This document shows, one piece after another, positions 9,633-19,187 of a stretch of DNA of 64,000 nucleotides. The stretch lies in contig NZ_JAQSDH010000006.1 in the NCBI RefSeq assembly GCF_029945805.1, forward strand, positions 9,562 through 73,561. The letters are read 5' to 3'. Source of the DNA: Flavobacterium sp. (lineage in GTDB: Bacteria; Bacteroidota; Bacteroidia; Flavobacteriales; Flavobacteriaceae). Position 1 is the stretch's first letter, and each line of letters opens with the position of its first letter. The notes under the pieces are model-generated. The model was not told where the DNA came from and made no database searches. It was given only the letters and a program-made list of their open reading frames with translations. The position numbers and the translations under genes are program-made.

Positions 9633-10211
9633 ATGAAAAAAATTATTTTAACAGTAGCTGCAGTATTCGCTTTGACGTTTGCTAATGCACAAGACAAAAA
9701 AGAAAGTTCAGAAGGATTTTCAAAAGGTGATTTGTATTTAACAGGTACTTTCAATTTTTCAAGTGACAAAGACGCTGCAGAAGTTAAAACTGATGGTTTA
9801 ACAATTGCTCCAGGTGTTGGTTACTTTTTATCTGAAAACATTGCTTTAGTTGGATCTTTAGAGTACAGTTCTAACAAAGTTGGCGATGCTAAAACAACAG
9901 GTATTGGTTTAACTGCAGGAGTTAAATATTTTTGGACACCAGCAAGCAAATTTTCTCTATCTATTGGAGGTGAACTAGGTTATGCTACTGTAAAAGATGA
10001 TGCATCTGATGTAAAAGTTAACGCATTTGGAATCAATGTTCCTGTAGGTTTAAACTATTTCGTATCTGATAGTTTTGCTATCACTTCTGAGTGGGCTGGT
10101 TTAAGTTATACATCAGCTAAAGCTGATACAGACGGAGCTAAAAATGCAACTAGTTTAGGTTTAGGTTTAAACATGTCTACTATCTCTTTCGGTTTGTTAT
10201 ACAAATTGTAA
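9633..10211 (+). CDS. small outer-membrane beta-barrel protein
   Basis: 192 aa. Signal peptide (FANAQ), alternating beta-strand pattern, strong terminator downstream. Confidence 0.6.
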   Translation: MKKIILTVAAVFALTFANAQDKKESSEGFSKGDLYLTGTFNFSSDKDAAEVKTDGLTIAPGVGYFLSENIALVGSLEYSSNKVGDAKTTGIGLTAGVKYFWTPASKFSLSIGGELGYATVKDDASDVKVNAFGINVPVGLNYFVSDSFAITSEWAGLSYTSAKADTDGAKNATSLGLGLNMSTISFGLLYKL

Positions 10212-10234
10212 TTAGTTTAGAACATACACAATTG

Positions 10235-10260
10235 AACCGCGCTATTGGCGCGGTTTTTTT
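10235..10260 (+). terminator. rho-independent terminator after the OM barrel gene
   Basis: AACCGCGC / GCGCGGTT 8-bp GC-rich stem, 5-nt loop, then a T run. Confidence 0.85.
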
Positions 10261-10287
10261 ATATCCAAAATTTTGTTACTTTGCTGT

Positions 10288-11187
10288 ATGAACTGGAGTA
10301 ATTATATCAAAAGCTTTCAATCCTATCTCAAAATTGAGCGTGGTTTGTCAAAGAATACCGTTGACAATTATACTTTCGATTTGGAACGATTGTGTACTTT
10401 TTTAATTGAAAATGACATAACAGTTTCTCCAGAAAAAATCAGAGAAGAAACGATTCAGCAATTTATCTATTCCGTTTCCAAAGAAGTAAACGCCCGTTCG
10501 CAAGCCCGAATTATTTCAGGCTTAAAAAGTTTTTTCAATTACCTAATTTTTGAAGATTATAGAAATGATAATCCAATGGAATTGATTGAAGCGCCGCGTA
10601 TTGGTAGAAAACTTCCAGATACACTTTCTCTTGAAGATGTCGATACTCTTATTGCAGCGGTCGATTTGTCTAAAGAGGAAGGTGAACGGAATAGAGCCAT
10701 GCTAGAAACGCTTTATGGTTGTGGCCTTAGGGTTTCTGAAATTGTAACCTTGAAGATTTCCGATTTATTTTTTGACGAAGGCTTTATAAAAATTACGGGT
10801 AAGGGAAATAAACAACGATTTGTTCCTATTGCCAAAGCCACTCAGAAGTATATAGAACGCTACAGAAACACAATCCGAAATCACAAGCCTATTGCTAAAG
10901 GTTTTGAAGACACGTTGTTTTTGAATAGAAGAGGGAAGCAGTTGACTCGAGCGATGATTTTTACGATTATAAAAACATTAGCCGTTAAAATCAATCTTCA
11001 GAAGAATATCAGTCCGCATACCTTACGACATTCCTTTGCAACACATCTTTTAGAAAACGGAGCTGATCTTCGCTCTATCCAAATGATGCTTGGACATGAG
11101 TCAATTACCACCACTGAAATTTATGTTCATTTAGATCGAAAACATTTAACACAAATCATCAATACATTTCATCCAAGAAAAACCTAA
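10288..11187 (+). CDS. xerD: site-specific tyrosine recombinase XerD
   Basis: Matches XerD (NTVDNYTFDLERL, LRVSEI, HTLRHSFATHLLENGADLRSIQMMLGHESITTTEIY). ATG at 10288 preferred over the track's upstream TTG. Confidence 0.9.
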   Translation: MNWSNYIKSFQSYLKIERGLSKNTVDNYTFDLERLCTFLIENDITVSPEKIREETIQQFIYSVSKEVNARSQARIISGLKSFFNYLIFEDYRNDNPMELIEAPRIGRKLPDTLSLEDVDTLIAAVDLSKEEGERNRAMLETLYGCGLRVSEIVTLKISDLFFDEGFIKITGKGNKQRFVPIAKATQKYIERYRNTIRNHKPIAKGFEDTLFLNRRGKQLTRAMIFTIIKTLAVKINLQKNISPHTLRHSFATHLLENGADLRSIQMMLGHESITTTEIYVHLDRKHLTQIINTFHPRKT

Positions 11188-11256
11188 AATATGATATTTT
11201 TACATACTTTAGCAATGGTTTTGAAAATAGAATTACACCTAAATCAATTTTAAACA

Positions 11257-11652
11257 ATGAAATTTAATGACGTTTTTGTTGTAGATGATGATAAGATTTT
11301 TCATTTCATCATTAAAAAATTACTAGTCAATAATAACATCAATGTCACGCCGTTCTTTTTTGAAAACGGATTGCAAGCGATAGAAGGAATCAAAAGCAAA
11401 ATTGATAATCAAGAAACACAGCCCGATTTAATTTTGTTGGATATTAATATGCCGATTCTAGATGGATGGCAGTTTCTGGAGGAATTTAGATTACTTAAAA
11501 GTAAAATTCAGAAAGAAGTCGTAATTTATATTATTAGTTCTTCGGATAATACAGTGGACAGGAATAGAGCAATTGATTTTAAAGATGAAATCACAGATTA
11601 TTATCTCAAGCCCATTACAACAGACGGAATAAGATCAATTTTTACAGTATAA
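11257..11652 (+). CDS. stand-alone response-regulator receiver domain protein
   Basis: 131 aa. VVDDD acidic pocket, phospho-acceptor context LILLDINMP, no output domain. Confidence 0.8.
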   Translation: MKFNDVFVVDDDKIFHFIIKKLLVNNNINVTPFFFENGLQAIEGIKSKIDNQETQPDLILLDINMPILDGWQFLEEFRLLKSKIQKEVVIYIISSSDNTVDRNRAIDFKDEITDYYLKPITTDGIRSIFTV

Positions 11653-11683
11653 AAAAAATGCGACCATTTGGCCGCATTTTTTA
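11651..11683. terminator. bidirectional terminator between the response regulator gene and rny
   Basis: A8 run, ATGCGACC/GGCCGCAT stem (one mismatch), then a T run. Serves convergent genes. Confidence 0.7.
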
Positions 11684-11698
11684 TTATAACTCTATAAA

Positions 11699-13261
11699 TT
11701 ATTTAGCAATATTTACTGCTCTAGTTTCGCGGATTACTGTAATTTTCACTTGTCCAGGATAAGTCATTTCAGTCTGGATTTTTTGTGAAATCTCGAACGA
11801 AAGGCTTGCTGCATTTTCATCACTTACTTTTTCGCTTTCCACAATTACACGTAATTCACGTCCGGCTTGAATTGCATAGGCATTTTTTACACCACTAAAT
11901 CCGAAAGCGATGTTCTCTAAATCTTTCAATCTTTGGATGTACGAATCTAAAACTTGACGTCTTGCACCTGGTCTTGCACCTGAAATAGCATCACAAACCT
12001 GAATGATTGGAGAAATTAGGTATTTCATTTCAATTTCGTCGTGGTGTGCTCCAATAGCGTTACACACTTCTTCTTTTTCACCAAATTTTTCAGCCCATTG
12101 CATTCCAAGTAATGCGTGAGGTAAATCACTTTCAGCATCCGGCACTTTTCCAATATCGTGAAGTAAACCGGCGCGTTTCGCCAATTTAACATTTAAGCCT
12201 AATTCAGCGGCCATGATTCCGCAAAGTTTAGAAACTTCACGCGAATGTTGCAATAAATTTTGTCCGTAAGAGGAACGGTATTTCATTCTACCAACCACTT
12301 TAATCAACTCTGGATGTAATCCGTGAATTCCTAAATCAATTACGGTACGTTTACCAACTTCTATAATTTCGTCATCAATTTGTTTGGTAGTTTTAGCAAC
12401 AACTTCTTCAATTCTAGCTGGGTGAATTCTTCCATCTGTTACTAACTTGTGTAATGACAAACGAGCAATTTCTCTTCTTACCGGATCAAAACAAGAAAGG
12501 ATAATGGCTTCTGGTGTATCGTCAACAATGATTTCAACGCCAGTTGCTGCTTCAAGCGCACGGATATTTCTACCTTCACGACCAATGATTCTTCCTTTAA
12601 CATCATCTGATTCGATATTGAAAACAGAAACACAATTCTCAACGGCTTCTTCCGTTCCAACACGTTGAATCGTATTAATGATTACTTTCTTAGCTTCTTG
12701 TTGAGCCGTTAGTTTCGCTTCTTCAATAGTATCTTGAATGTGCGACATCGCTTTAGTTTTAGCTTCAGCTTTCAAACTTTCTACCAATTGTTCTTTCGCA
12801 TCTTCAGCAGAAAGTCCAGAGATAACCTCCAATTGGTTTACTTGACTTTTATGAAGTTTTTCAAGTTCTTGTTGTTTCTTATCTAATAACTCTATTTTAC
12901 CAGTGTACTCAATGGTTTTAGATTCAAAATCGTCGTTTATTTTTTTAGCTTTTGCCAGTTCACTTGAAACCTGTGATTCTTTATCACGTGTTCTTTTTTC
13001 TACTTCTGCTAATCGTTTGTCTTTACCTAAAATCTCTTGCTCGTGCTCCGATTTTAATTCTAAAAACTTTTCTTTAGCTTGTAATAATTTGTCTTTCTTG
13101 ATGTTTTCTGCTTGAAGATTTGCATCTTTTAATATTGATGCCGCTTCTTTTTTAGCGTTTTTAACCATATTGGAGATGTTGCTTTTTTCAAGGAATTTCG
13201 CTATCCCAAAACCGCCAGCAATCCCGACAATAAGTGCAATTATAATAAATGTAGTTCCCAT
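11699..13261 (-). CDS. rny: ribonuclease Y
   Basis: 520 aa. N-terminal TM helix, coiled coil, KH domain ([15 protein letters not shown]), HD domain (LLHDIGK). Confidence 0.95.
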   Translation of the reverse strand: MGTTFIIIALIVGIAGGFGIAKFLEKSNISNMVKNAKKEAASILKDANLQAENIKKDKLLQAKEKFLELKSEHEQEILGKDKRLAEVEKRTRDKESQVSSELAKAKKINDDFESKTIEYTGKIELLDKKQQELEKLHKSQVNQLEVISGLSAEDAKEQLVESLKAEAKTKAMSHIQDTIEEAKLTAQQEAKKVIINTIQRVGTEEAVENCVSVFNIESDDVKGRIIGREGRNIRALEAATGVEIIVDDTPEAIILSCFDPVRREIARLSLHKLVTDGRIHPARIEEVVAKTTKQIDDEIIEVGKRTVIDLGIHGLHPELIKVVGRMKYRSSYGQNLLQHSREVSKLCGIMAAELGLNVKLAKRAGLLHDIGKVPDAESDLPHALLGMQWAEKFGEKEEVCNAIGAHHDEIEMKYLISPIIQVCDAISGARPGARRQVLDSYIQRLKDLENIAFGFSGVKNAYAIQAGRELRVIVESEKVSDENAASLSFEISQKIQTEMTYPGQVKITVIRETRAVNIAK

Positions 13262-13283
13262 GTTTTGTTTTGTGTTTATAAAT

Positions 13284-13445
13284 AAAAAAAGCCTACATTA
13301 GGTGAATGCATAAACTCGAAAAGACAAGTTTTGAGCTAACTCGTTGGTCAAGGATCCACGTAAAATGGCGTGCTTTAGTAACGACGATTTGCTCATTTTA
13401 ATTTGTTAGTGTTGAGTTTACCAATTAAATCTAATGTAGGCGGTA
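13284..13445 (-). ncRNA. candidate rod-like structured RNA (6S-like RNA or rny leader)
   Basis: Minus-strand GCCUACAUUAG (13441-13431) pairs perfectly with CUAAUGUAGGC (13301-13291), 11 bp enclosing about 130 nt. Inner helix UAAACUC/GAGUUUA (7 bp). UGAGC/GCUCA closes a large asymmetric internal loop. U7 run at 13290-13284. Occupies the whole non-coding zapA-rny spacer. Confidence 0.4.
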
Positions 13446-13467
13446 TTGTAATCCTATGTTAAGAACG

Positions 13468-13761
13468 TTATTTTTTTTCGAGATAATCGAATAATAAATC
13501 ATTTAACTTTTTCAATCTTTCAAGATCTTTGTTGTCAATGGAACTTTCAACTTGCCTTTGTTCTACTTGCGAGGCAAATTGCAATGCGCACATGGCCAAT
13601 ACATCTTGTTTGTCGCGAACAGCATAGTTTTCCTCGAATTGCTTAATCATCACATCAATTTTTTTGGAAGCGCTACGCATTCCTTCTTCCTGAGACATAT
13701 TTACCGTTAACGGATAAACCCGGTCTGCAATTGATATTTTTATTTTAAGCTTTTCATCCAT
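13468..13761 (-). CDS. zapA: cell division protein ZapA
   Basis: 97 aa. IKISIADRVYPLTV start and a coiled-coil tail, typical of ZapA. Confidence 0.8.
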   Translation of the reverse strand: MDEKLKIKISIADRVYPLTVNMSQEEGMRSASKKIDVMIKQFEENYAVRDKQDVLAMCALQFASQVEQRQVESSIDNKDLERLKKLNDLLFDYLEKK

Positions 13762-13765
13762 ATTT

Positions 13766-14071
13766 TTAGTCTGATAACTGCGCTATGCAGTGATCTATCT
13801 CTCGGATTAATGAATTTATTTTAAGCTTCGTATCTCGTTTATTTTCTTCACCGCCTAATAATGAATTTGCCATTCGGAGTGATTCACATTCTGATTTTAA
13901 TTGTAAAATTTCGTCAGATTGTTTCTGAATTACGGTTGCAGTTGTAGTTTTTTCAGCTTTAATCGAAATGGAATCTTGTTCTAAACTCTTAATTTTAACT
14001 AAAAGTTTGCCAATTCTGTTTTCGAGAGAATCAATTATTTCTGCAATTTCACTCATGAATTTGTTATTCAT
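13766..14071 (-). CDS. hypothetical coiled-coil protein, co-oriented 4 nt upstream of zapA
   Basis: 101 aa. Heptad-like Leu/Ile/Glu pattern throughout, no TM segment or signal peptide. Confidence 0.5.
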   Translation of the reverse strand: MNNKFMSEIAEIIDSLENRIGKLLVKIKSLEQDSISIKAEKTTTATVIQKQSDEILQLKSECESLRMANSLLGGEENKRDTKLKINSLIREIDHCIAQLSD

Positions 14072-14183
14072 TACTTACATCACAAAGTTAGGATTCTATT
14101 TTACTTTTACAATAGTTTTGTCAATTATTTATCTCTTATTCTACTTCAGATTGTAATATTATGTTTTTTAAGTCGTTACAAAA

Positions 14184-14191
14184 TACTTTTG
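14184..14191 (+). promoter_or_regulatory. -7 box TACTTTTG for the M23 peptidase gene
   Basis: Exact TAnnTTTG match in the divergent intergenic region. Confidence 0.4.
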
Positions 14192-14241
14192 TGTTGTAAT
14201 TTTTTACGCACTTTTAATTATATTAGCCAAAAGAATTTTTT

Positions 14242-15939
14242 ATGAGAAATTTTCGGTTTCTTTTTCTCTTCTCTATTTTTAGTTTTGGACAAAGTCAGTA
14301 TCCAAATTACTATTTTCGTTCTCCACTAGACATTCCGTTGTTGCTTTCTGGAAATTTTGGAGAATTAAGGCCCAACCACATTCATGCCGGATTAGATTTC
14401 AAAACACAAAAAAAGGAAGGGTTTAATGTTTACGCTGCGGCGGATGGCTATGTGTCTCGAATTAAAATTTCTGAGTATGGATATGGTAAAGCTATTTATA
14501 TCACGCATCCCAACGGATTTACTTCGGTTTACGGGCATTTGCAATCGGGTTTTGGTGAAATAGAAAAATTCATTAAAAAAGAACAATATAAAGCCAAGTC
14601 CTACGAAATTGATATTCCTTTAAAGCCAGATGATTTATTGGTAAAAAAAGGAGATGTCATTGCAATTTCAGGAAATACAGGTGGATCAGATGGGCCGCAT
14701 TTGCATTTTGAAATTCGAGATACGCAATCTGAAAAAATTATCAATCCATTGTATTTCGGATTTGATTTACTTATTCCCGATACTAGACGTCCTAATATTA
14801 ATAGTTTATGGGTTTATCCATTAGATGAAAATTCGGTTGTAAATCAGTCAAAACGGCCACTATCGGTAAATTTGTCTTTGCAGGAAGATGGAAGTTATCT
14901 CGCTGATAAGGTCGAAGCCATTGGTAAAATCGGATTCGGCATAACTGCAGTCGACTTAGATGATGTATCGTGGAATGCCAACGGTGAATTTAGAGTGCAA
15001 ACGTACTTGAATGGAAAAGCTGATTTTGGATACCAATTTGACACATTTGGCTTCGATGAAACGCGCTACGTTAATGCGCTAGTCGATTATGAACGCTATA
15101 AAAAACTTGGCCAACGCGTTCAAAGATTGTTCATGAAGAACCCGTATCCGTTAAGTATCGTTACACCAGGGATTGCTAACGGTATCATTTCAATTTCGAA
15201 TAATATTACCCAAATGTATCGCATTGAAGTCGCCGATTTTAACAACAACGCTACCAAAATTTTTATTCCGATTCACTATTCGGCGCTACCGGCCAAAGTT
15301 TCCGAAGTTCCCATTACTTCAAAATATTTTGTCAAAGCCAAAAAGGAAAACATATTTTCACTTGAAAATGTAACGGTTACTTTTCCGCCGAATACCTTTT
15401 ATGATGATTTTTATATGAATTTCGAAGTCAAGGACGGATTGCTGAAATTGCATGAAGATACTGTTCCGGCACATACCAATTTCTCCATTACATTTGAAGA
15501 TTCGATTACGCCTCAGAAAAACAGAGAAAGTATGTTTATAGGTTCAGTTTATGGTAAAAAAATCAATTACTTCAATACTAAACGCTACAAAAATTCGTTT
15601 ACTGCCTACACTAAATATTTAGGAGAGTATAAATTGTATAGAGACGGAACGCCTCCCAAAATTAAAGCCGATAAAAGTATTGGTGGCAAGTGGATTACTA
15701 ATTTAAGTCAACTACAATTCACCATTTCTGATGCTTTATCTGGAATCAAAAGTTACGAAGGCTATCTGAATGGAAATTGGATATTATTTGAATACGAAAG
15801 CAAAACAAAAAAAATAATTCATCGCTTTTCAGACGGAATTGTTACCGAAGGAAAAAACGATTTAAAAGTGGTAGTTACTGATAATGTTGGAAATTCTACT
15901 ATCTTTGAAACACATTTTTTTAGAAGTCAAAAACCATAA
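14242..15939 (+). CDS. M23 family metallopeptidase
   Basis: 565 aa. Signal peptide, HIHAGLDF (HxxxD) and GPHLHFEIRD (HxH) LytM-type zinc motifs, long C-terminal extension. Confidence 0.85.
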   Translation: MRNFRFLFLFSIFSFGQSQYPNYYFRSPLDIPLLLSGNFGELRPNHIHAGLDFKTQKKEGFNVYAAADGYVSRIKISEYGYGKAIYITHPNGFTSVYGHLQSGFGEIEKFIKKEQYKAKSYEIDIPLKPDDLLVKKGDVIAISGNTGGSDGPHLHFEIRDTQSEKIINPLYFGFDLLIPDTRRPNINSLWVYPLDENSVVNQSKRPLSVNLSLQEDGSYLADKVEAIGKIGFGITAVDLDDVSWNANGEFRVQTYLNGKADFGYQFDTFGFDETRYVNALVDYERYKKLGQRVQRLFMKNPYPLSIVTPGIANGIISISNNITQMYRIEVADFNNNATKIFIPIHYSALPAKVSEVPITSKYFVKAKKENIFSLENVTVTFPPNTFYDDFYMNFEVKDGLLKLHEDTVPAHTNFSITFEDSITPQKNRESMFIGSVYGKKINYFNTKRYKNSFTAYTKYLGEYKLYRDGTPPKIKADKSIGGKWITNLSQLQFTISDALSGIKSYEGYLNGNWILFEYESKTKKIIHRFSDGIVTEGKNDLKVVVTDNVGNSTIFETHFFRSQKP

Positions 15940-15948
15940 CGATATAAT

Positions 15949-18429
15949 TTGAAAACAAATAAATACCTTTTTACGCTCCTTTTTTTTACGATAAGTATCA
16001 TTGCTTTTGCGCAAAATCAAACTGCTAAGGTTGCCGGAATTGTGCTAGATGAAAATAATAAGCCTGTTGAAGGTGTTAATGTTAGTTATCAAACCAAATC
16101 AGCCACAACCGATAAAAATGGTTTTTATCAATTAACGGTTCCTGCCAATCAAAAAATAATTTTGGTTTTTACCCATACCGCTTTAAAAAGCATCACATTT
16201 CCTATACAATTAAAGGTTGGTGAAGAGTTTGAGTATAATTTGTTAATGGATGACAAAGCAGAACAATTGAGCGATGTAATTATTACCAGTAGTAAACGAA
16301 GAGTTCAAAATATTACATCCATAGACCCTGAAACCATTAGGAAAATTCCAGGCGCTAATCCTGGAGTTGAAAGTATATTAAAATCGCTTCCTGGAGTTCA
16401 AGGAAATGGAGGAGAATTAAGTACAACGTACAATGTTCGTGGAGGAAATTTTGATGAAAACTTGGTTTACGTTAACGAGATTGAAGTCTATCGTCCATTT
16501 TTAATTCGTTCGGGACAGCAAGAGGGATTGAGTTTTACCAATACCGATATGACACAGAATGTCGATTTTTCTGCTGGTGGATTTCAAGCAAAATATGGCG
16601 ATAAATTATCATCTGTTTTGGATATTACTTACAGAAAACCAACAAAATTCGGATTGGCAGCGGAAGCCAGTTTTCTTGGCGGAAGCCTAACTGCCGAAGG
16701 AGCTTCAAAAAACAAAAAATGGTCAGCCATCACTGGAATCCGATATCGCGACAATTCGCTGTTGGTAAACAGTCAGGAAACACAGACTAATTTCAGACCA
16801 ACTTTTGCCGATGTGCAAACGAATGTGAATTTCAATCCAAATGAAAAATGGCAATTCAGTTTCCTTGGAAATGCCTCGCAAAACCGATATAATTATCAGC
16901 CTTTAACCCGTCAGACTAATTTTGGTACTATTGACGAACCAATTGCACTACAAGTATTTTACGAAGGTCAAGAAAAGGATAAATATCAGACACTTTTTGG
17001 AGCATTTAAAACGAATTATGTTGCTAACGATAACAACACGTTCAAGCTGATAACCTCTATTTATCACACCCAAGAACAAGAATATTTTGATATTTTAGCA
17101 GCCTATTTCTTAGGAGAAGTGGATACCAATATTGGTTCGGAAACTTTAGGGCAAGTAACCTTTAATCGTGGAATCGGAACGCAATTAAACCATGCTCGTA
17201 ATGATTTGGATGCCTTAATTTTCAATGCTGAAATTAAAGGAACACATCAATTAAATGATAAAAAACAACAAATAGACTGGGGTTTTAAATACACCCGTGA
17301 AAATATTCGCGACAGAATAGTAGAGTGGGAAGTAATAGATTCGGCTGGGTTTTCAATTAATCCACCGCAATTTGATTTTCCAAATGAGCAACCTAATAAT
17401 CCTTACACAGGACCATTAGTTCCTTATCAAAATGTTAGAGCAACTAATTTTGTCGACATCAACCGATTTTCGGGTTATGCCCAATGGAGTACAAAAACGA
17501 CTATCGGTGAAAACCAATTGTGGATTACTGCAGGTGCCCGTTTTCATACTTGGATGGTTTCAGGTAGAGATATTAACAATGCAAAGAGACAACAGGTTTT
17601 TAGTCCGAGAGCACAATTTGCCTTAAAACCAAATTGGGATAAAGATATGTTGTTTAAATTATCCGTTGGTTATTACCACCAACCGCCATTCTACCGTGAG
17701 TTAAGGGATTCACTTGGAACGGTGCAGCCCAATGTAAAAGCACAGCAATCCGTTCATTTTGTTTTGAGTAATGATTTTAATTTCAAGATGTACAACCGCC
17801 CGTTCAAGTTGGTTACAGAAGCCTATTATAAAACCATGACCGATGTAAATAGTTATACTTTAGAGAATGTTAGGATTAGGTATCGGGCCAATAATGATGC
17901 GGTGGCTTATGCTTATGGTTTTGAAACCCGACTAAACGGAGAATTTGTTCCCGGCACAGAATCTTGGTTGAGTTTTGGATATATGAAAACGGAAGAAAGC
18001 ATAAATGATCGAGGGTATATTGCCCGTCCGACAGACCAACGATTGAAATTTGGAATCCTTTTCCAAGATTATATGCCGAATATTCCGAACATGAAATTGT
18101 ATCTGAATTTGGTTTACAATACAGGTTTGCCTGGCGGTTCGCCTTCTTATGCGGATTCGTATACCTACCAAAGCCGTTTGCGTGATTACCGTCGTGCTGA
18201 TGTTGGGTTCTCTTATGTCTTTACAGAAAGAAATAGTGAAAGACCAGAAGGACATTGGTTAAAAAAATATAAAGATTTATCGGTTGGATTTGAAATCTTT
18301 AATTTGTTCAATAATCAGAATGCGATAACCAATACTTGGGTGCGAGATGTATACACCAAAAATCAATACGCCATTCCAAACTACATGACTACGCGGGTTT
18401 TCAATATCAAACTGACTGCAAGATTGTAG
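15949..18429 (+). CDS. TonB-dependent receptor with CarboxypepD_reg-like N-terminal domain
   Basis: 826 aa, apparent TTG start. Signal peptide, AGIVLDENNKPVEGVNV..TDKNGFY, plug-like region (YNVRGGNFDENLVYVNEIEVY), long beta barrel. Confidence 0.75.
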   Translation: MKTNKYLFTLLFFTISIIAFAQNQTAKVAGIVLDENNKPVEGVNVSYQTKSATTDKNGFYQLTVPANQKIILVFTHTALKSITFPIQLKVGEEFEYNLLMDDKAEQLSDVIITSSKRRVQNITSIDPETIRKIPGANPGVESILKSLPGVQGNGGELSTTYNVRGGNFDENLVYVNEIEVYRPFLIRSGQQEGLSFTNTDMTQNVDFSAGGFQAKYGDKLSSVLDITYRKPTKFGLAAEASFLGGSLTAEGASKNKKWSAITGIRYRDNSLLVNSQETQTNFRPTFADVQTNVNFNPNEKWQFSFLGNASQNRYNYQPLTRQTNFGTIDEPIALQVFYEGQEKDKYQTLFGAFKTNYVANDNNTFKLITSIYHTQEQEYFDILAAYFLGEVDTNIGSETLGQVTFNRGIGTQLNHARNDLDALIFNAEIKGTHQLNDKKQQIDWGFKYTRENIRDRIVEWEVIDSAGFSINPPQFDFPNEQPNNPYTGPLVPYQNVRATNFVDINRFSGYAQWSTKTTIGENQLWITAGARFHTWMVSGRDINNAKRQQVFSPRAQFALKPNWDKDMLFKLSVGYYHQPPFYRELRDSLGTVQPNVKAQQSVHFVLSNDFNFKMYNRPFKLVTEAYYKTMTDVNSYTLENVRIRYRANNDAVAYAYGFETRLNGEFVPGTESWLSFGYMKTEESINDRGYIARPTDQRLKFGILFQDYMPNIPNMKLYLNLVYNTGLPGGSPSYADSYTYQSRLRDYRRADVGFSYVFTERNSERPEGHWLKKYKDLSVGFEIFNLFNNQNAITNTWVRDVYTKNQYAIPNYMTTRVFNIKLTARL

Positions 18430-18467
18430 AAATAATTCACTATTTTTGAGTGTAAAATTTTAGCCTT

Positions 18468-19187
18468 ATGAAAAAATATGTTCCTTATATTTCTGTACTT
18501 TTAGTGGTGGTTCTTTACAGTTGTAAAAAGGAAGAAGCGACCAAGCCAAAAGTAATTTACGAAAACACAGCAAAATCTAAATCACAGGTTACTGTCGATA
18601 CTTCTCAGATTGAAATTGCAGATTTGCCTGTAAATATGGATGGGACAAATTACTTAATTTATCCGATTGGCGTTATGGCTGGAAGCGGAAAGGGAATCAA
18701 ACCATCTTCAGATTCAGGACAAAGTTTCACCGTATCTAACTACGGGGAATACCAAATCACGGGCTACTTGAAAAATTTGAAGTTTCAGGAAATTGGGAAG
18801 GATACTATTGTTGCTTTAACTGACAAGCCCGTTTTTATTCAAACCGCAACTTATTTGAAAACTGTCGCAGATAAAACCAACCAACAATTAATGGTGTATT
18901 CCTTAGCAGATATGGATACCAATAAAGACGGAAAATTAGATACTAATGATATTGAATCATTGTATATGAGTACAATTTCAGGACAAAATTTCACCAAAAT
19001 TTCTACAGACTATCACGAGTTAATTGATTGGAAAATTATAGAATCCAAAAATTTATTGTTTTTCAGAACTATTGAAGATGCTAGTAAAAATGGTCAATTC
19101 AGCAGCAACGATATCGTACATTATTTCTACATTTCTTTATCGCAAAAAGAATGGAAAGCTGTTGAGTTTTTTCCTGTAAAAAATTAA
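18468..19187 (+). CDS. hypothetical lipoprotein with one EF-hand-type loop
   Basis: 239 aa. Lipobox VLYSC. DTNKDGKLDTND fits the 12-residue EF-hand loop pattern. Confidence 0.5.
   Translation: MKKYVPYISVLLVVVLYSCKKEEATKPKVIYENTAKSKSQVTVDTSQIEIADLPVNMDGTNYLIYPIGVMAGSGKGIKPSSDSGQSFTVSNYGEYQITGYLKNLKFQEIGKDTIVALTDKPVFIQTATYLKTVADKTNQQLMVYSLADMDTNKDGKLDTNDIESLYMSTISGQNFTKISTDYHELIDWKIIESKNLLFFRTIEDASKNGQFSSNDIVHYFYISLSQKEWKAVEFFPVKN

Noticed and set aside
10273-10287. N-terminal extensions from TTG or upstream starts in the ORF track (xerD 10273, GlmU-like 24882, mtaB 26191, ABC1 43575, S9 peptidase 49960, adhesin 58588)
   Set aside because: In each case an in-frame ATG a few codons downstream gives the canonical N-terminus or a proper signal peptide, so the shorter models were used. 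The TTG at 15949 was kept because the signal peptide begins there.
13284-13301. Reading the stem plus U7 simply as the zapA intrinsic terminator
   Set aside because: The two stem halves are about 130 nt apart, so this is not a compact terminator hairpin. The U-run is 22 nt from the rny ATG, with no room for a separate rny promoter. I keep it as an alternative inside the structured-RNA finding and do not list it as a plain terminator.
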